NCBI RefSeq assembly: GCF_009914755.1
Contig: NC_060929.1
Source: the human T2T-CHM13v2.0 reference genome, Homo sapiens
Length of the DNA stretch: 64,000 nucleotides
Reading direction: 5' to 3' (one strand)
Shown piece by piece: positions 55,896 to 64,000 of the stretch (position 1 is the first letter of the stretch; each line of letters opens with the position of its first letter). Both the position numbers and the translations under genes were made by a program. The notes under the pieces were generated by a model. The model saw nothing but the letters and a program-made list of their open reading frames with translations, searched no databases and had not been told where the DNA came from.

Positions 55896-57272
55896 TGAGA
55901 GGTGACAGCATGCTGGTAGCCCTTGCTCACTCTTGGCGCCTCCTCAGCCTTGGCGCCCACTCTGGCCATGCTTGAGGAGCCCTTCAGCCCGCCGCTGCAC
56001 TGTGGGAACCCCTCTCTGGGCTGGCCGAGGCTGGAGCCAGCTCCCTCTGCTTGCGGGGAGGTGTGGAGGGAGAGGCACCGGCGGGAACTGGGGCTGCGTG
56101 TGACGCTCGTGGGCCAGCCTGAGTTCCAGGTGGGCATGGGCTTGGTGGGCCCTGCACTCACAGCGGCCAGCTGGCACCACTGGCCCCAGACAGCGAGGGG
56201 CTTAGCACCCGGGCCAGCAGCTGCGGAGGGTGCGCCAGGTCCCCCAGCAGTGCCGGCCCACCGGGCTGTTCTCGAATTCTCGCCGGGCCTCAGCTGCCTC
56301 CCCGCAGGGCAGGGCTTAGGACCTGCAGCCCGCCATGCCTGAGCCTCCCCACCACTGTGGGCTCCTGCGTGGCCCGAGCCTCCCCAACGAGCGCCGCCAC
56401 CTGCTCCGTGGCACCAGGTCCCATTGACCGCCCAAGGGCTGAGGAGTGCGGGTGCACTGCGCGGGACTGGCAGGCAGCTCCACCTGCAGCCCGGTGAGGG
56501 ATCCACTAGGTGAAGCCAGCTGGGCTCCTGAGTCTAGTAGGGACTTGGAGAACTTTTATGTCTAGCTAAGGGATTGTAGATACACCAATCAGCACTCTGT
56601 ATCTAGCTCAAGGTTTGTAAATACACCAATCAGCACCCTGTGTCTAGCTCAAAGTTTGTAAATGCACCAATCAGTGCTCTGTGTCTAGCTAATCTAGTGG
56701 GGACTTGGAGAACTTTTCTGTCTAGCTCAGGGATTGTAAACACACCAATCAGCACCCTGTCAAAATGGACCAATCAGCGCTCTGTAAAACAGACCAATCA
56801 GCTCTCTGTAAAATGGACCAATCAGCAGGACGTGGGTGGGGCCAGATAAAGGAATAAAAGCAGGCTGCCCCAGCCAGCAGTGGCAACCTGGGTCCCCTTC
56901 CACCCCGTGGAAGCTTTGTTCTTTCGCTCTTTGCAATAAATATTGCTGCTGCTCACTCTTTGGGTCCGCACTGCCTTAGGTCTGCAGCTTCACTTCTGAG
57001 GCCTGCGAGACAACGAACCCAGCGGGAGGAATGAACAACTCCAGACGCGCCGCCTTAAGAGCTGTAACACTCACCGCGAAGGTCCGCAGCTTCACTCCTG
57101 AAGCCAGCGAGACCACGAACCCACCAGAAGGAAGAAACTCTGAACACGTCCAAACATCAGAAGGAACAAACTCCGGACACACCATCTTTAAGAACTTGTA
57201 ACACTCACCGCGCGGGTCCGCGGCTTCATTCTCGAAGTCAGAGAGACCAAGAACCCACCAATTCTGGACACA
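55896..57272 (+). mobile_element. Intact solo LTR12 (ERV9 LTR, LTR12C/D-like), antisense to FSTL4
   Basis: Starts tgagaggtgacagc, ends ccaattctggacaca (TG...CA); 4-bp TSD acac at 55892-55895 and 57273-57276; GC-rich U3, tandem caccaatcagc repeats, U5 repeats gcagcttcactcctgaagccagcgagacc. Confidence 0.96.
56580..56860 (+). promoter_or_regulatory. LTR12 promoter: seven CCAAT boxes, GATA site, AATAAAA TATA-like box
   Basis: CCAAT at ~56585, 56626, 56667, 56745, 56770, 56794 and 56818, followed by gggtggggccagataaaggaataaaagc; NF-Y dependence of LTR12 promoters is established. Confidence 0.75.
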
Positions 57273-57969
57273 ACACTGGTCAGCTTGAGTTCAGACTTCC
57301 CTGCTTGGCACACAAGGCCTTTCCCCAGCTTGCTGTGATCCACTTGTCTGCCTTTATCCCCAACTATGCTCTCCCCTACACCCAGGATCCCATAATCACT
57401 TGCTCTTCCCGGAGACTGGAGGTACTTCATGCCTGTACTCCTAGAAAGCCTTCCCCACACTCTCAACCTAGCAAACCTTCCCTTGCTCTTCAAAATCCAC
57501 CTTGAAGGTCCTCTCTCCTCCAGCACCTTCTCTAAACGTTCTCATCTTCAGGCGGATGAATTCTTACCCCAGGCTCCACTGGCATTTCCTGAGAGCCCGG
57601 AGGTACATTCTAGGAGCTTTGTCCAGACTGGGGATCAGAGATACCTGATTCTCCCCTTGCTTTTCTACTAACCTGCTAGATGAACTTGGGTGGCTCCTTA
57701 CATCTCTTAGCAAGACAGAGAAGGTGATCATTAACTTTGATCAACTGGAGGTCAAATTCTAGTCATTCATTAAATAAATATGGAGGGCCAATGTTCTTCT
57801 CTCCCCTCATTCACAGGAGGACCCACCACCCCTGACCTCTTAGCTCATTACAGAGTTGTCACATAAATGGGCAAGGGTCTTACAGCTTGTTGCATCTGCT
57901 CCTTGAATAAGCCGTGATGTTACAACGGCACCAGCATCATCCCTAGTGCTGTTGACACTGCGTAGAGAA

Positions 57970-58090
57970 GAATGCTCACTGCATGCCAGGTGCTGCTCCT
58001 GTCATACTCACAACACTCTATGAGGTAAGTGCTGTTATTATCCCCATTTTACAGATGAAGTAAATGAGGCACAGAAAGCTCACGTGCCAA
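57970..58090 (-). mobile_element. MIR
   Basis: ttattatccccattttacagatgaagtaaatgaggcacagaaag. Confidence 0.8.
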
Positions 58091-60299
58091 AGCAGTGCCC
58101 TTGAGCACGTGCCACATTGTCCCATCAGCCTGGGCCTCCCTGATGCTTCCACAGGCCCCAGCACCTCTTGCTATAGGGACTGCTCCAGCAGAGTTACACT
58201 AAATCCCCTATCAATGCCTGACAGCATCACAGCCCTGCAGCTGGATCTCACACATCCCAGGAAGTGAGTCTCCCGCTGAGAGCTGGACTGGGCTGACAAA
58301 GCTGGGGATGTAAGAAGCTTTCCCTGGCAGGACAGAGAATACTTGTGGAAGTATAGAAATGCCCCTGGAGGTGTGGGGCCCAATTTAAATTCCTAAAGTA
58401 ACAAGACTCAGAGTAACAACAACAGCAACAAAATAACAAGAAGAAGAAGAAAAAAATGGCTCTTTGGCAGGAAGCTCTATTTGCTCTGCTAACTTGCAAC
58501 AAAATACTGAGTTTTTATGTCTGCTTAGTAACAAGTAAGAAAAAAAGATTTCTTAGTGAGCCTGTAGTATGTTTAATTTGTTTCCAAAAATGGAAATGAT
58601 TTCCTGTCTTTCATTAGGTTGGGAACTCCCCTCTGAAGCACCCAAATCCACCTGCAACCGCCCGCAGGCTGAGGAAGCTGAAGGGGCCCCTTAAAACAGA
58701 ACCTCTAACAGTCCCCTTTCTTCCATAATTTCATGGTTTGTTTGGAAAACTGCCCAACTATGACATTGTATCATCTGGTATAATACAACGCTGGCTTGGT
58801 GAGTGATTGCTGAAAGGGAAGCTCATCTTCGTGAACAGCGTAGGAGATAAAGCGTGAATTCAAAACCAAGAAAAATGAGTTTAAAAGTGCCAACTAATAC
58901 ACAAATAGGAATGCGATGTCACAAGATAACTTTGAAAACACAAACTCTATAAGAAGTTAAACAGTGAAATCCACCCAATATCTTGGCATTCTCTTGGTAG
59001 GATTTGGTGCTGAGGAAAAATGTGACTCTAATTTTGCTACAAGAAGAGATACATCTTTCCCACACCTCCTTTTGTCCCAGACTTTCAGTGAGACCCTGCT
59101 TGTGACTCAGGAGATCTGGGATCAAAGCTGTAAACTCTAGCTGCAGCAATCCTTTTGAGTCTGGTTGATTTCCCGTACATGCTAATGATCCCTAAATGAT
59201 ATATTTCATTTTATATTCACAAGGAATCCCATTGCCATAGCAACTGGAATGTGATACCAGAAGTTTTCTTGTAAATGGGTTTAGAATGCTGCCTCTTCTC
59301 CCTTGCAGGGTGGTGAAGGCTATGTGTCCCCCCACCAGTCCTCAGGAGAACCCCCTCCCTGACAGGAAATCAGGGCCTCTGGCCACAGACGGGAGCTCTG
59401 AACTGTAGCAGCTTAGCCCAGCACAACCCATCACTTCTCTCCTCTTGCTCCACACACTCCAGCTGCACAAGGACTTGTCCTAATATTGATTTCTGGGGAC
59501 AGATAAAGTCCCAGAGAATGAAGTCACAACTTCTTCTTGTAAAGTCTGATAGAAATAGAGAATGAAAGATGGATGATTTTAGAATTTTTGCTTGCATGAA
59601 AAACAAGGTATTTTTTTGTTTCCTGTATTAATAACTCCCTGGAAAATTGGGACAAATGACAAACTGTCATTCGTGGACCTCAAGCTGTTATTAAATATTC
59701 TGCTGCCATTGTGGGGTGGGGACTGTAGGAACTTGTTCTTTATATCCTCCTTTGTTCCAGGACCCTCTGTCCCCACAGAGGTTCCCGACAGAGCCTCTGT
59801 CATCTATTTCGTTCTACTCCCCCCTGGAGCCATGGTTCTGGTGAAGGTGACGTGCTCACCCCAAGGCACTCACCTCAGGGCTGGCCTGCCTTCCATCCGT
59901 CAGGCTCCTGTGAATCAGTGCCCAGGTCTTTCCTGTTTGCTGGGCACTCCCTATGGGAATGATCGAGGAGAGGCAGCCCAGCTCTTCTGCCCTCCCACCA
60001 GGACTACAGCTGACCCTGAGGGTGAGGCACTGAAGGCTTTCCACTGGAGTCCAGACCCAAGAGGCCATCTGCAGAAAGAGAAGCCCTGGCTCTAGGTGGA
60101 CATTGCTGGGAGAGGCCCCAGCAATGAGTGTCTGCCTGACACTCATGTCTTCCTTACCCACTCTCCAGCTACCATTAAATAATCTGGGCCCAGAAATCTC
60201 TCCCCAAACCTCCCAGACAGAACCCTTGCTCCTGCCTCTGCGTTCTTCACAGTTTGTGCATCTCTCTACTCTCGGCCTGTGGCCACGCTGGATTAGAAT

Positions 60300-60520
60300 A
60301 AATAATGATGGCAGGTCTCATGAACACCAAATCCATGCCATGCACCAGGCAGCGTGCTAAGTGGTGCTTGTGCAGCCCCTCCTTCACTTCTCTCCATGGC
60401 TGCAGCAGGTGGGTACTGCCATTAGTCCCATTTTACAGTCGAGGAAAAGGCCCAGAGAAGCAGAGTGATGCAACCAACACCACACAGCTGGGAAGTACCA
60501 GAACTGAGATGCCACCCTTG
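60300..60520 (-). mobile_element. MIR
   Basis: ccatgcaccaggcagcgtgctaagtg...cccattttacagtcgaggaaaaggcccagagaag. Confidence 0.65.
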
Positions 60521-61724
60521 GTCTTTCTGGGAGCTCACAGGCACCACTCTCCACCAAAAAGGGGTCCTTAAGAGAGGAGCACTGCTATACCAAGTGGGCG
60601 GCAACTCACAATGTGTGAAAACCTCAATGAGTCAGAAGGATTCGGTGGATAAATTCAATCAGCATGAAGCAGAACTGAGCCCTGATCTGCTCAAGGCTGC
60701 CTGCCCCCCGCTCCACGGCAGCTTGTCCCCATCACTCCTCACCTCGGTGGGTTTTGTGGTGGCTGGTTTTTCCCTCCCATTAAATGAGAAATGTTGTTTG
60801 AATAACCAATGGTGAGGGAGGCTGTGCACACTCTGATGCAGAAATAGAAACCTTTAGGAAGATGCAATTTGAAGGATATTGGAAACCAGAGAATGGAACA
60901 TCAGTCTATAAAATTCAACACGGCCAATAAAGCTGGAGCAACTGGTCAAGTGTTTTAGTGTGCATGGTTGCAGAGGAACTGGCGGCACGTGGCTGGGCAG
61001 TGCTTCCAGAATGGGGACGTTTTTCCTAGGCTCATTTTGGCCTCATTTCCATAATGTGTCTCATGATCTCTGAAGCACCTTGGCATTAGCATCATAAGCA
61101 CAGCTGTGAAAGTGTCCAAGACTATTGTCATCACCGGGTAAAGGCACATTTCCCAAGCCCTGCCCTGCCTAGCACTCCATGCTGCCACGACTGCTGAGTG
61201 GAGTGGCCCATTAGGTGGGTGCAGGTGACACAGATAGATGTAACAGAGGCCAACACACCTTTGCTCCACCACCTCAGCCATGAATCCGCCTCCGCTCAGG
61301 TGTGTCAGCATCATACCATCCTCAGTGGGGTTCTGTGAGGGTGAGGCAGGAGCTCTGCCCCTTCCCACTTGGTGCCCAGGCCTTTACAGCCTGGACTGCT
61401 CTCACGCCTTTGTCTTCTAGTGTTGCAGGCACTTGGCAGGTGTCTAGTCCAAGCCTCCTCCTCTCCTCCCTGTGCAACCTAAAGCACATTCCTGACCTCA
61501 CATAACTCCAAGTGGGCTCTCGTAGCTCAGGCTATGTGGGCCTGTTCCCATCTGCCTGCAAGCTGCTTCTGTCTTCTACACACTTCCTAATTCATGTATA
61601 CCCATTTTGTACACAAATATTTGTATACAATAAATACTTCCACAGGCCATGGCATGTACTATTTACCAGGGCCACATCAATCAACCCAGGATGTGCATTC
61701 TGACCCTTGTATCTTCAAGCATCT

Positions 61725-61835
61725 GGGAGCCATTGAGCATTTTCTTGGTGCAGGGCACAGTGCTAGGTGCTAATACATAAGCGCATAAGACAGCCATAGC
61801 CGCTGCCCTAATGGTTCTTACCGTCTAGTGGGAGC
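61725..61835 (-). mobile_element. L2 3' end
   Basis: ttgagcatttt...gggcacagtgctaggtgct...ctgccctaatggttcttaccgtctagtgggag. Confidence 0.6.
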
Positions 61836-62414
61836 TGGTACTTCCCTTCTTTTCTGACTCAATCTCAGCCTAAAGCATGAATCCTTGGCCCCAGCTCCAC
61901 AGACATGTTCTGATGTCCATGCAGGGGCTTCCTTGTCTTGCTCAGAGGTGTTCTGGACAGGCAAGACATGGGATGCCTTCCCATCAACAACTGCCCCAGG
62001 CCAGAGTTTGTGTCCTTGTCACGCTGGAAGACATTGCGCTGGTGTCTGCCTGACCACATTCTATGCACAGCACAGCCTCCTGATTCATGGGACTCTGTGC
62101 AGAAGGGTAAACATGGTCCTTGTCACAACCTTGCAAAGGCCCGTCCTATGTGGAGACCTGGGTAGTGCCCTGTTGCCTGGTCCCTAGTGAACCTGTACCA
62201 GCCAGGTTTTAATTTGACCTGCCTGGATTCTACTCCCCAAGGAGCTTCCTCTAAGGGCAGGGGTCTCTGGAGGTGGGACACAGAGTATGCATCACCAAAA
62301 TGCCACTGCTGCTATTTTGTTACACACCAGTCTTTGTCTTTATTTCCTAAACATATGTAACTTGTAGACTCAGCACCCAGGTCACTTGTCAAAAAGGCAT
62401 TGGAAGACCCATCA

Positions 62415-62732
<318 letters not shown>

Positions 62733-64000
62733 GTAAACACTCAGAGGGTCTGGGGTCGAGGGCTTCCTTTGTAGCTCACAAGCACAGACTCCATTTGCCT
62801 GTGCAGCCAAGCTACTCAAGGTGGGGCCTGGGGGCTTGGGGTCTCCTAGGGAGTCCCTGTCCCTCCATGAGGTGGTCATTGGTGCCAAGAAGGGTGTCCT
62901 GCCTTGCAGAGCTCAGGTTTCATGGCTGACTCACTCTGAACATCTGAAACACAACACCTTTCCAACCTAGGACCCAGCTGGGGGCTTTTGATCAACTCTT
63001 GGTTCTTTCTTAGGCTTACTTTTCCTGCTTCCAGTTGAAAAATGAAAACACCCAGCTATTCCGTGCTCACAAAGAAGCACCTTACACAGAAGGACAAAGC
63101 CTGCCACTACTGCTCCCAGGCTCACAGTCAGCCTCCTGGACTAGAGGCCTATTAAAATCAATGACTTTTTAAAAAAGTGGTCCCCTCCACCCCCTGCCTG
63201 CAATACGTTTTCCTTCCTTCCTTCTTTTCCTTTACTATGTCATGACTTTGGACCAGGCTGTGTCTTAGGCACCTTAGGGGTCTCAAAGATGAACAAGTCA
63301 TACCTTTCCCTCTTTCTGACTTTGTCATTCTGTAAGGTGGTGACATGTATGCAGATCAGGCAAAGAGCATGGGAGCCAGGGAGCTAAGTTTGGAAGAAGT
63401 AACTGGGAGTGGCGGAGATCATGGAGCGGGTGATGTGCCAGTGGGCCCTGCAAAGGAGAGAAAGGTTTTCCCAGAAACACAGCAGGCTTGAGCCAAGACT
63501 CCCCCAGCCGCCCTGTGGGTGGCATTTGCAGGTCTCAGGTAGAAGACTAGATGTGAGTAGGAGTTTTGTACAGTGGTGGGGTTGGGGGTCAAGGTGTGAT
63601 TTCTGGGAGACTTGGAGAGCCAAGCAGAGAAATTTAGGTACACTACTGTAGGCACTGGGGAGTCACTGCAGGGAGGAAACGTGGCATAAGAAGAAAGTCA
63701 TGCTCCAAGTGTTCAGGATGGGGGTGGGGGTAGCCGAGGTAGGGAGACCAGAGGCTGGCCATTTCCTTGGGGGAGAATGTGGTTCTCCATGACACACGTC
63801 ATCAGGGGAGACACCAGCAGCCTTTCCCCACAGCCCAGTCCTTTCTAGCACAATGTTGCAGTTATGGGCAAGAAGGCTGAGCCCCTGGAAACGGGCGCTG
63901 CCACATTGCTTGAGTGTCCCCTGCACCCTACAACACCCACAGTGATCTCAGGCAGCAGCACCCAGAGCTCACACACCAAAGAGGTCAGGGCAGCTGGAAA

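Noticed and set aside
55829-56506. Longest ORF in the window (225 aa, minus strand) and overlapping ORFs
   Set aside because: Lies in the GC-rich U3 of LTR12, where stop codons are scarce; no recognisable domain.

Overview
Primate (human-like) genomic DNA, almost entirely intronic. The only supportable coding sequence is one 249-bp minus-strand exon (62453-62701) encoding a follistatin/Kazal module that I recognise as FSTL4 (follistatin-like 4; human 5q31 from memory). The remaining ~62 kb lies in the following intron, with ~1.3 kb in the preceding one. The intron is a mosaic of Alu, L1, L2, MIR, MaLR/ERVL LTRs, a hAT-Charlie DNA element, an intact solo LTR12 antisense to the gene, microsatellites and a 16-copy ~50-bp VNTR. 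The other listed ORFs are chance or repeat-derived. I found no new multi-gene system. The best leads are small non-coding structures: a 74-nt pre-miRNA-like hairpin, a ~146-bp fold-back, the VNTR, the LTR12 promoter, a local ~160-bp duplication and a duplicated AP-1 site. Repeat subfamily names come from recalled consensus sequences and old-repeat boundaries are approximate.
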